A stretch of DNA of 63,210 bases, the filler included, from Intoshia linei (lineage: Eukaryota; Animalia; Orthonectida): assembly GCA_001642005.1 (NCBI GenBank). It is 6 parts of 6 records of this genome, joined end to end, with 100 filler letters (N's around TTAATTAATTAA, not from the genome) between each part and the next. Parts side by side here need not be neighbours in the genome. Positions count along the whole stretch, not along the records: positions 43,818 to 58,038 come from LWCA01000973.1; positions 58,139 to 60,631 come from LWCA01002308.1; positions 60,732 to 63,210 come from LWCA01002296.1; 3 more parts are not named here. One strand, given 5' to 3'. The notes beneath the pieces are model-generated. The model was not told the origin of the DNA. It was given only the letters and a program-made list of their open reading frames with translations, and ran no database searches. Of this stretch, positions 52,201-63,210 are shown one piece after another. Position 1 is the stretch's first letter. Each line of letters opens with the position of its first letter. Made by a program: the position numbers and the translations under genes.

Positions 52201-55200
52201 TGGTTGGATTTATGTTAATAAGGATATTGAGGTTGACATGAAGCAAATTAATACTACTGTAGTAGCATTTGAAGTCGATAGCCCATTAATCTTTTCAAAA
52301 ACAAATGTTTACTTTGAAATTATTGACATAAATAATAATGCTCCCCGATTTAATGTGAAAAAAGAAATTGTTGGTTATATACAAGAAAATTCAAAAACCA
52401 ATACAAAAATAAGTTGGAAATTTGACGATATTAATTTCTTCAATCCATTGAAATTTTCCCAAACTTTGGATAAAAAAACTAATGAAAGCTATTATAACAA
52501 TGTATATGTGACGGATTGGGATCATGGAAAAAATTCCGAGATTTTGGTTTCAATTAATTCAAACTCAAAAATGATACCTTTCAAAGTAATTACAAGTCAG
52601 TTACAAAATAAACGATCCATGTTTAAGGTAGATTTGTATCTAATTGAAAATGCTTACATTGATTACGAAAATATCAAAATGTATGAATTTTCTTTGGTTG
52701 CCCGCGAAAAAAATACGCAAGAACATTATCAGGATGAAATAAAAGTTGTTATCCATGTGACTGATTTAAATGACATTTGGCCAACTTTTTCTAAATTTTC
52801 TTACCATGTTAAAATTAAAGAAAATAGTAAACCCGGAACTTTTGTAGCAAATGTTACAGCCAATGACGGCGATTTTTTAGATAAAAATGGAATGTCTTAT
52901 AACATTACAAAAAATCATGGAAATACCTTTGAAATTAATAATTTTGGAGCGGTACAAATTACATCAAACAATGTGGACATTTTAAACTACTACCTCGATT
53001 ATGAAACGACACCCATCATTTATCTCATTATTTATGTCTATGATGGAGTAAACCATTCTGCTAAATGTCAGCTGGTAATTGAATTGATTGATACAAACGA
53101 CAATCCGCCTATTCCGATAAAATTTAATTTTATGATGCATATACCCGAAAATACGCTAGAAATCCCTGTAATACCCAAATTGATGGCTATCGACAAAGAT
53201 GCACACCCGTTCAATATTGTCAATTATAAAATAACACTTACACAAAAATTACTTGAAAGTAATTTTAAATGCTCAAATAATAATTTCCATATTGATCGTT
53301 TAACTGGAACATTATCTTTACTAAAAAAACTTGATGCCGAAAAATGTAGAAATCACAATATCGTCGTTTTTTTATATAACCCAGATAACCACTTGCAAAA
53401 TTCTACAATTTCCATTCAAGTATTAGTATCGGATGTTAACGACAATCGTCCTTATTTTGATAAAAAAGTGTACAATTATCAGACAAATGAAGCATTGTTT
53501 GGTGAAGTGAATGATGTTTTTAGGAGACAATTAATAATAAATACACATGCCATTGATAAGGATGTCGAATCACCAAACAATAACATATTTTACAAAATTG
53601 TCGACATTTATTATGGTTCCGTCAAACAGGATAATACCATTTTCAAAATTGACACAAATACAGGTGTCGTTAGTCTTTTTAATTCAGCAAATCTTGATTT
53701 TGAAATTTCTGGTCCCACAATAGATATCAATGTAGTGGCGTATGATGGAGGAGTCCCCTCTTTGTCAAATAACACTATTGTAAGAATTCATGTCGCAGAT
53801 ATAAATGATAATACTCCGTATTTCGACAATAACAACGTAAACATTGAATTGAGGGAAAATTTAAGATATACCACGTCTATTGGAGCATGCTTTGCTGTTG
53901 ATCGAGATTCAGATTCAAATTTAGAGTATACCCTGGATCAAATTAAATCAATAAAAAATGATGATAATGATGATAACATTACGTCAATTTCAAACAAAAC
54001 GGAATCAAAATATTCACCATTTGAATTAAACCCCGTCAACTGTAAAATTTTTTTAAAGGGTACATTGGATCATGAAAGTGTATCTGAATACAAATTAACC
54101 ATAAAAGTAGTAGACAAATCTGGTTTGGACCAAGAAGCAACGACTATCGTTAATGTCAAAGTATTGGATGAAAATGATAACTGGCCAGTTTTAACTGACC
54201 CGTTCGTCAAATCTAGTCGAAAATATACACGTAAAAAATCTTTTGATGCTTTTTACAACATTCATGTACCAGAAACCACTAAAATAGGCACAATAGTAGG
54301 CAAAATTCAAGCCTACGATCTTGATTCCAACGATGTATTAAAATATCATTTAATCAACAATATTTCGCATGTATCGGTGGATGATTCCAACGGTTCTATA
54401 CGATTAAAAAAAAGCCTAGACCGCGAAAAACTAAGTTTTCTTATACTCAATGTTAAAGTTGAAGATTTAGTGGGTCATGCAGTTTATGGTAATTATTCCA
54501 TTTTAATTGACGACGAAAATGATAATGCACCAATTTGGGAACTTTTGGATGATTTTATATCCGTTTCAGAAGAATATCCAATTTTCAAACCTTTTTATAA
54601 AGTTACGGCTACAGATAAAGATGTCGATGTTTATGGGAAAATAATTTATCGTATTAAAGAACCTCTGGATGCCTCTGAAAGTGATTTAAAATCGTCTTAC
54701 GTTTTATTTGGGATAAAACAAGAAACTGGTCAAATTTATTTAAAACAATCAGCTGATGCTGAAATTAAAACAATTTACAAAATGCATGTTGAAGCTTTGG
54801 ATAATGCTGGAATGGAACCGTACAATTTAATTTCCAAATTATTATACATAAATATTAAAGATTTCAATGATGAAAGGCCAATCTTTAAAGAAAAGTATCA
54901 TGAACGAATGTACCACGTCATGAACTATAGTCCCATCGGTTTTAAAGTCATGAAAGTTGAGGCTACTGATAATGATGCCACTATACCAAATAATGAAATT
55001 TCTTACTATTTCGAACAATCTATTAGTAATTCTAGTTATTTCTTTATTATTGATCGGAGAACTGGAATTATATCTCTATCAGAATCTTTACAAAACTTTA
55101 GAAAAACTGTTTATCTTAGAATGTATATTATTGCAATAGATAATGGTGAAATTCCTTTAAGCGCTAAAACTAGCGTATTAATTAAAATTTTTCAAAGAGA

Positions 55201-55672
55201 ACGTGTTAATTTTTCTCTTTTAAGCGATGAAACTAATATTAGTATTTCTATTCCAGAGGTACTTTTTATATCATTTCAGATATTACTTTTTATTTTAATT
55301 ACAGTATAACCTTGTCGATTTATTATCTACATATTTTTGTTATTCTTACTCATTAATACATGTTACTACCTTTCAATTCTTTAAAAGGTCTGAAAACCTC
55401 GTTTTGGGGGACATTTTGATGCAAAAATGGTCACGTGGGGTTATATTGTTTTAAATTTCTTTATTTAAATTTTATATAAACTTTTTTAGAATCAACATCC
55501 TTCCATGATTTATCAATTTAAGGTTAAACCAATTTTTGAAAATATGAAAATTTATTATTCTTTACGCAACTATCAAAATTATTCGGTATCAGATAAATTT
55601 GAAATTGAAAGCAATACCGGAAAATTGTTTTCTCTCAAAAAATTTGATCATGAATATAAAACTGAATATTGG
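49289..55672 (+). CDS. Large cadherin-repeat protein (at least 11 EC repeats; CDH23/Cad87A/Fat-like), 3' end not found; exons 49289-49358, 49395-49466, 51456-55258, 55490-55672
   Basis: Signal peptide MIMLFFIFTLLFPFC, then NNQPPKF. The 1232-aa ORF has ten DxNDxxP linkers with LDxE and AxDxD motifs. Intron phases agree. Confidence 0.9.
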
Positions 55673-56044
55673 GTAATTTTATTTTAGTTTTATTCATCAA
55701 TTAACCTTTTTATTATTTTAATTAGATTATCAAAAATTATTGACAGTTAATTATTTATATTTTTATAATATTACATTTTGTATTGTACATTTTATTTATC
55801 TGTCAATTTAATGACATGTATATTACACATTGTATTAAAAGTGTAAATCCGTATTTTAATGAAACTTTTTTAAGCTTTAATTTTTGAGTATAAATTCTTT
55901 CTTCCAGTGTTCCATTTCCAATGTCCACTAAATTCAAACCCAAAACAATAAAACTATCATTTGTTCATTGGTAGCGGTATCTGGAAAATATTACCATTTT
56001 GTAAATAAATGGACGTTTATTCTTTTGAGCGGTACATCTTAGAG

Positions 56045-56920
56045 CAATGTTTCCCAATCTTTGTTATGCTAGGCTCCATTTTGACTTTTAAAAAATCCCT
56101 GGCCCACTAAAAAAAATGTATCCTAGTGACCAAATTTGTTCGGGATGATACAACAGTTCACTCACGAAAAAATGTCATTAATTATCATTATTCAATGATT
56201 CCTTTTTATTAAAAACTATAATTTTCTAATTAGAAATGGAAAGCTATTGTCGAAATTCGAGCGAATTATAATAAAATAATTTTAAAACAATAATAATGTA
56301 TTTATTTTTTAGAATTAATGAGATAAGTGACTTAAAGATTCTTTCATGTTTTATTAATATTAGGCATTAATGGTGTAAGCTTAAACGTAAATCTCCTCGT
56401 TTTAGAATTTAAAGTATATTTTTATTTTTTATTAGTACAAACAGGTTTGTAAGTCTAAAACTGCACTAAACCTAAACTGCTAAATAAGAGGATGGAAATG
56501 GCTTTATGCCGTTTCCATCAAAATTAGTTAAAATTGGATAGTTTTTAAAATTTCTTCGATAAGACACATCATACTTCCTTAATAAGGTCACCAGAAAAGG
56601 TTGTATCAACCACAATGGAAAATGGATAACTTTAATATCTTCAAAAGTATATTAAAATTATTTTAAAATAATTTACAATGCAAATTATACAAGTTTAATG
56701 TTTTTTTTTTGCTAATTATGTAACAGGATCTATTTAAAGAAAGGAAATGACTATGATTATTGGATGAAATATTTTCTATATAAACATCTAATAATACTAA
56801 ATTAATCTATAGTTTTAATAATTATATAAATTCGTAATATTTGCCTAACCTACCAAATTTCTAATGTCCCACCAAAATTTTTGTCATACCCGACCAATGG
56901 GGCCTGGATCGATTGGGATA
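56045..56920. mobile_element. Probable hAT MITE, right end disrupted
   Basis: It starts CAATGTTTCCCAATCT and ends ...GGGGCCTGGATCGATTGGGA, directly before the fold-back element. Confidence 0.45.
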
Positions 56921-56924
56921 GATC

Positions 56925-57319
56925 TTAGATCGACATAATCATCGATTTTACTAATTTATTATATCATTGATTTTTTCACGAAATTTTAGTGGTTTCTTTA
57001 TTTATATTTTTTATCTTATATTCATAATTTTGGGATAAAAATTTTGTATGGTTTTTAAAGTAAGTATTTTTTTCACCTAAGTTTTAAAGATTTTGAAGAT
57101 CCGATAAAATGTTAAAAATATTCTTTTCAAAATGCTGCAAAATTTTAGTCCCAACATTATCTTCAAAATCTTTAAAAAATAGTAGAAATAAATATTTCCT
57201 TAAAACCCTACAAAATTTTGATCATTGTCATTAAATAAACCTTGAAGAAACTACATAAATATTATCAAAAAATAAATATTATGATTAATTAACAAAATAG
57301 ATGATTATGTCGCTCTAAA
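56925..57319. repeat. Near-palindromic fold-back element (about 400 bp)
   Basis: TTAGATCGACATAATCATCGATTTT pairs with AAAATAGATGATTATGTCGCTCTAA. The inner arms also pair: TTTAAAGATTTTGAAGAT with ATCTTCAAAATCTTTAAA. Confidence 0.75.
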
Positions 57320-57320
57320 A

Positions 57321-57395
57321 CAGGGGTGCACAACGTGCAGCCGGGAGAGCGTTTATATGCAGTCGTGGGCAATACATCTGATCATAATGCAATAT
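57321..57395. mobile_element. hAT MITE left end; same family at 62770-62860
   Basis: CAGGGGTGCACAAC...GCAGTCGTGGGCAATACATCTGATCATAATG versus CAGAGGTTCACAAAC...GCGGTCGTGGGTAATTCATGTGATCATAATG. Confidence 0.6.
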
Positions 57396-58138
57396 ATTAT
57401 TTTACTTTAAATTGAAAAGTTACATTCTTGACTTTGGCCCAGTTTCTCAAATGTTAGCGAAGGGCACATAAAATCAAGGCAGTCACTTATATATTTTTTA
57501 TGTCATTATTATTTACATATTTACATAATATTTACATATTTTTTTATGTCTTCCACTCTAATGTATCAACAAGTCGGTTTTTAATGGAAATTTTCTGTTG
57601 TCTAATAATTATTAATAATTTACAGAAAAATTAATGATTAATGTTTTTCCAAAAAGATTAGTATAAGGAGATTTTTCAAATTTTTGTAAAATCCGGTTTT
57701 TTCTTATGGAATCAGTTAGAAGAATTATTAATCTAAAAATTTGGTAAAATGGGATTTTTTCCTTAAGGGTTGGCAAAATTTGGTATTTTATTTTGGAATC
57801 AGATAGGGTAGTTTTTATTCTAATACTCTAGTAAAAATGGATTTTTTAAAAAAATATTGGTAAAAAGGGATTTTTTTCTTAACCCTTTCACTGTCTGTGT
57901 ATTCTATACTATACATAGCAATTTCACTTCACACGTCTGTGTATTCTGATATACACAGCATAATTTTGAAAAACTTTATTCTTATATTTTCATACATTTT
58001 CACATAGGTAATTTAAAAATAATACAAGTTTAAATTAANNNNNNNNNNNNNNNNNNNNNNNNNNNNNNNNNNNNNNNNNNNNTTAATTAATTAANNNNNN
58101 NNNNNNNNNNNNNNNNNNNNNNNNNNNNNNNNNNNNNN

Positions 58139-58740
58139 TTGTTACCTCCATTACACTTAAAAATCGGATTATGCTCACAGTTTTTAAAATGTATAAGAAA
58201 GAGATCTCTTGACCCTTCTCAACCACGTATTACTTTAACAAATGCTTTGCCACATTTATCGAAAATGAAATTGTTGGCAGGAGTATTAAATGGACCAGAA
58301 ATCAAACAACTTTTTATGTCTAAAACATTTGAAAACAGTCTATGTCCTGATGAATTAAATGCATGGAGGTCATTTAAGTATGTCGTTAACTTTGTACTAA
58401 ATATTAATTTCATATAAAAATCTAAAATTTTAATTAGGTAAAGACAAATTTCCAAATTCTAAAAGATACATAGAATATTTGCTTAATTCGTATTCTAAAA
58501 TGGTCTGTTTGATGAGTTTTAANCATAGAATATTTGCTTAATTCGTATTCTAAAATGGTCTGTTTGATGAGTTTTAAAGTGCACTTGTTGCAATGCCATT
58601 ATGATTAATTACCAGTTTCTCATCTTATATCAGATGAGCATAGTGAACGCTTTCATCAAACTTTGAAAACATTTCAAACTCAATTCAAAGGCAAATCAAT
58701 GAATTCGATGATCATTGACTATATTTGGTTTGAAATTCTA
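58139..58740 (+). mobile_element. Chapaev3-like (CMC) transposase C-terminal remnant
   Basis: LPPLHLKIGL, KLLAGVLNGPEI, AWRSFK.V..F, MSFKVHLL..H, SDEHSERFHQ and MI.DYIW match the LPPLHIKLGL...SDEHGERFHQ transposase family. Frameshifted. Confidence 0.8.
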
Positions 58741-60731
58741 GATTGTTATTAAAAATCCATTAAATTTTAATTTTACATTATTTTTAATATCGTATAAAAA
58801 AAATAAAATTGTGTAATTATTGATTCTTAGTTATAATTTTAAAAGTGTTAATAACTACATGTATTAGTATATATAGCTTTTATTGTAAGCTAATTTACCG
58901 TTATCAACTTTTATCGATTGCCAACTCTAATGCATACATGTAGGATATTGCTTTTTTGATCATGATAGCTTAACTTTGTGACATTGAAACTTTTTATATA
59001 TTTAACTCAAAAAAGCTGTATTAAATGTGATTTTTTTTATTTTCAAGGTCTTTTTTATAAATTCAATTTTATAAAATAATGGGTAATTTGGGGGTTTTCC
59101 ATGAATGTACATATTTTTAAGGTTAAAATTTATGATAACATTGATAATTTGAAAATCTGTAATAGAATGTAATATTTTTTAAAAAAGTATAATTGGGCTT
59201 TTTGACCCTGAATGACTCAATTCTGAAAATTAAATTAAAATTGAAATATGTCGATATCAAAAAATAAGAAAAATGATTTATTTAACCTACTATCTTGACT
59301 GTTATGTACTTCGAACAAACAACATATTAGTATATTCATTATCACCAAATGACCAGTTTTTTAAAAATGATTATTATTGGAGTTAAATGTAAAGTCAAAA
59401 TTACATATCTATGATTGCAAAAAATATTTTTGGCTTAAATTTTAAATTAAAATTGTTTCTAAATGAACTAAAATTTAACTAATCAAACGTGACTAAATTG
59501 AGATATTACTGTATTTCGATAATACGGTTAAATAATTAATAAAATGTTAATAAAAATTGAAAATGTAAATATTGCTCCTACAATTTAAAAAAAAATGTGG
59601 TTAACCATTTCTAAATTTGTAGAATTTTAAATTGTTATGGATTTGTATTATTCACTTGAAAATAAATACATAAATTCAATAAATTCAATATCGAAAATGG
59701 TATGTTTTTAAAATATAATCGAGTAAGCAATTTCTCAGCTTTCAAGTTTCGAAGGTAGTATACATTTTAAGATTTTTGTTCTCAGTGTGTAATAAAACCT
59801 ATATGGGGTACATATTAATTAAACTTGAATGTAAGTTTCAATATTTTTTAAACAAAGTAAATATCGTTCAGTCAAAGTATTTACAAATGTATGTTAGTAC
59901 AAAGTCTTGTCTACTACAATATGTCATTTTCATGTATATTTTATCTATTTTCAGGGCTGGCTTAAATGCGGGTACAATTAGTAATGTCAAGCTGGTAACC
60001 AGTAATATAAAAATTTTTCAAAAAATACAACATTTTTGAGCGATATATTGAATATTCATAATTGAAAATTGATTTGCAGTTTATTATTATTCTTTATTAT
60101 AGGCTGTGACACAGCATTAATTAAATCATTAATTACATCGTTATGTCTTATACTAAACTTTAAAAATATTTAACTCACTACGCATTGCCGAACCTACCGT
60201 ACCCTGAAACTCCTCTTTGGTGTCTTCGATGAAATTTTTGTAAAATGGTGACTCATTGTTCAAATTTAAACATTAAAAAAATTATATTCTTGAATATCAT
60301 AACTAATATGTGTGTTAAATTTAAAATGTCAAGTCGATAGCCTTGAAGAGGTTGTTAGGGTAATATGACAACGAACCGTTTTCGTAAAATTTTGTTTAGG
60401 GCCCCATTTTCCATTTTCGAGTGACCTCCAACTGGTAAGTTATTTATTTATAAACCTTATTTTTAAATAATAATTATTAATTATAATTAATGTTTATAAA
60501 TCTTGATAAAATTACTAATTTTTTTAATTTATAATAATAAATAATATATAATTAGGTAAACATTACAGTAGTAGTAACGTATGTATACTTAATTCTGCAA
60601 CCATTTTAAAAATTAATTAATTTTTATAATTNNNNNNNNNNNNNNNNNNNNNNNNNNNNNNNNNNNNNNNNNNNNTTAATTAATTAANNNNNNNNNNNNN
60701 NNNNNNNNNNNNNNNNNNNNNNNNNNNNNNN

Positions 60732-61161
60732 GGTAGACCTTTTTGGTGCTTTTTAATTATTTCTTGAACTGCGCGTCTGGATACGAAAAGCTCTCTAGCA
60801 ATTTTTACTTGTGTATACCCTCTATTGAAATATGTGACAAGTAATTCGCGCTTTTGAATATTTATTTGACGCATCTAGTTGAAATATATAAGAAAAATAA
60901 TATTAATTACCTATATTCCAAAAAATATGTTTTTGAAAGTAATGAAAGTGAAAGTGCTCAAAATATTTGAAAGAGTAAATATTGTTATTTATAAATAAAT
61001 CAGTTTTTATTAAATTTAATGTATCATCGCAACCAAAACAATTTTTTAAGAAATGGAATTTCTGTTATTAAGTACGTTAGCCACTTAAAAAATTATAAAG
61101 TTGAAAATTTATACAGATTGCGGCGATTTTACTAAGTGCTTAAAACATATGGACGGGTCTG
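60732..61161 (-). mobile_element. Tc1-like element 5' end with transposase HTH, truncated by a gap
   Basis: On the minus strand, TA|CAGACCCGTCCATATGTTTTAAGCACTT is a terminus. The ORF MRQINIQKRELLVTYFNRGYTQVKIARELFVSRRAVQEIIKK is a paired-type HTH. Confidence 0.8.
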
Positions 61162-61428
61162 TATTATTTGTTTACTTTGTTTATATTTTGATATTTTATA
61201 ATACATTTTTAGCACATGGTTAAAATTAATTTTTCTTGCATTTGATATACATCTATGTAAAAGCAAGTTTATTCATTCCTTTAAAAATTTTTATTTTGTG
61301 TTTGATTAAATTGGCAAGTTATTAAAAGTAATTAACGTAACATATTACACATATCAGTTTATATTTTAAATTAAAATAAAATTGGAAACTTGTCAATTTT
61401 AAATAATAAATATCAATGATATATTTAG

Positions 61429-62626
61429 GATTCTATACATTCATTGAAATGTTCAAATTTATTGGAAACAAGGCTAGATGCGTTAAAATGCATTTTTGAT
61501 TATATCAAATATTATCCAAAATATTTGTCTAGTGTTTCTATTGAGAATATTAATGAAATAACCATGAAACTTTTACACACAGAATCTGAACCTGTTTTAT
61601 TATACAGAATCTGTCAAATATGTATTAAATTAGGTTACTTTAATTTTTACTTATATAAAACGCTGTGTTTATTTGTCGGTGTGTTATCGTTTATTTAAAT
61701 AACTACCCGTCTTAGATATTTATAAAGTCCACATTTCAATTACAGTTTTTTTGAAATTGTAGGATCAATATTTACATTTTCAATTTTTGATTTTAATCGG
61801 ATTTATTTGAAAAATATTGGTTGAATATATTAAAAGTATTTTTCACCCGGGAATGCGTAGATTTCTCGGGTTGAACTTTTGTGTTTATATCAACTTGAAT
61901 AAACTGTATCAGAATAATCTTTCTTTTAATGTTCGCACCGTTCATTATTTCACATTTTTTGTTTTAATAAAATATTTCGAAAAAAAAATATGCAGACTAA
62001 AATGTTTTTTTGACCATGAAATCGTCACTTATTCAGATTGAAATTTTTTATGTGTGTTAACATGATACAACTCTACCACCCGTAAATTTTTTGAAATTCT
62101 AGGGGTGTTTTCAAAAAAAAAGGAACAGAATTTGGGGTTTTGGCCATGAAGATATAATTTTTTTAAATTTAAATTTATGATTTTAAAATCCGCATCAGCG
62201 TATATAATTTTTTAAATTTTCCAACTTGTTTGATTTTCAAAAAGAGCGACAACTGGGGTTTTTGACTCGTAAGATGTGAAATTGAAAGGTTGAAATTTAT
62301 CTTATTATACGTCCCGGAAAAAACTGTAATTAAATCTGGTCTTTATAAAATTCTAATAGTGTTAGTTATTTCAAAAAAGTAACACACACAAACAAACAAA
62401 AATCGCGTCGCATTTTATATAAGTTAGGAAGTATAAAAAGTATAATTATACAAATTTGTGCATAACTCAATTTTCATTTTCATTTGACACATTGCAATAT
62501 ATTTTAGGTAAATGGACAACAAAGGTATTAAAAATAATCTCACACACACTAGTTCATTCATCAAATCGAGTTAGAAATTACTACTTGAAATTAATCATCA
62601 ATTCAAATGTTGAGAATATTGATAAG
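61429..62626 (+). CDS. Internal exons (61429-61633, 62508-62626) of a HEAT/ARM-repeat-like protein
   Basis: Phase-consistent AG/GT boundaries give ...LETRLDALKCIFDY...LLHTESEPVLLYRICQICIKL|GKWTTKVLKIISHTLVHSSNRVRNYYLKLI, a HEAT-like helical pattern. Orthology is uncertain. Confidence 0.5.
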
Positions 62627-63210
62627 GTTTGTTTCTTTATCAATTATACAAAATTCTAGTACAATTATTTTACACTGCAACATATATAATATCAAGATCG
62701 GTGTCACCCGAAAATGTAAAATTGGCCCCTAAAAACACAAACGATACGTAGTGTAATGTATCCTTAGACCAGAGGTTCACAAACTGCGAGCGTACGGCCG
62801 CATGCGGCCTAAGAGCATTTATTTGCGGTCGTGGGTAATTCATGTGATCATAATGTACATTAGGGTGTCACACATTTTCACAATTTTAATGTGCTTAGCA
62901 ATAGTTATATGCTTATACCAATTTATATAATTAATTCGTTAAAAAATTTTTTTTTATACACAGATCTCCGTGCAAGCTCCATTTAAAGTTCCACATTTTC
63001 TTGTGGAATTTTATATAAAATAAATATAAGTTTAAAGTATTTTACAAGTTATACAGGTTATTCTCGATATTTTGACAAAAATAATTGCAAAAAGTGTTTT
63101 AAATATCGTGAATAACTAATAGCAATATTTATATAGCGAAAAATATATTTAGATTGGATTTAAGTAACATTTCTATAATATACATTTTTATTTTTATAAC
63201 AAATTTTTTT

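Noticed and set aside
58468-58580. Perfect roughly 55-bp tandem duplication in the Chapaev3-like fragment
   Set aside because: The copies are separated by a single N (58523), which is typical of an unmerged contig overlap.

Overview
This is very AT-rich eukaryotic (animal-type) genomic DNA from a draft scaffold. Five 100-nt gaps each carry an artificial NNN-TTAATTAATTAA-NNN linker. Genes have GT-AG introns that are either tiny (about 32-60 nt) or swollen by transposons; this style suggests a compact parasitic invertebrate such as an orthonectid, which is inference only. Genes reconstructed by hand-splicing: a coiled-coil protein, CNBD2-like, FITM-like, PPP1R3-like (RVxF + CBM21), DAD1, AMFR/gp78, a Kekkon-like LRR-Ig receptor, a MATH-like protein, NOL10, the 3' part of EFTUD2, a large cadherin and a HEAT-repeat fragment. 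Intergenic DNA and long introns hold remnants of hAT, piggyBac, pogo/Tigger, Tc1, Chapaev3-like and Ty3/Gypsy elements, plus many MITEs and fold-backs. The most notable observation is that the FITM (lipid storage) ORF ends 35 nt before the PPP1R3 (glycogen-targeting) ORF, with an in-frame splice acceptor between them. This implies an operon/trans-spliced pair or a same-strand nested gene. A hAT remnant at the window start resembles, from memory, oomycete-type transposases. No prokaryotic-type system (CRISPR etc.) was seen.
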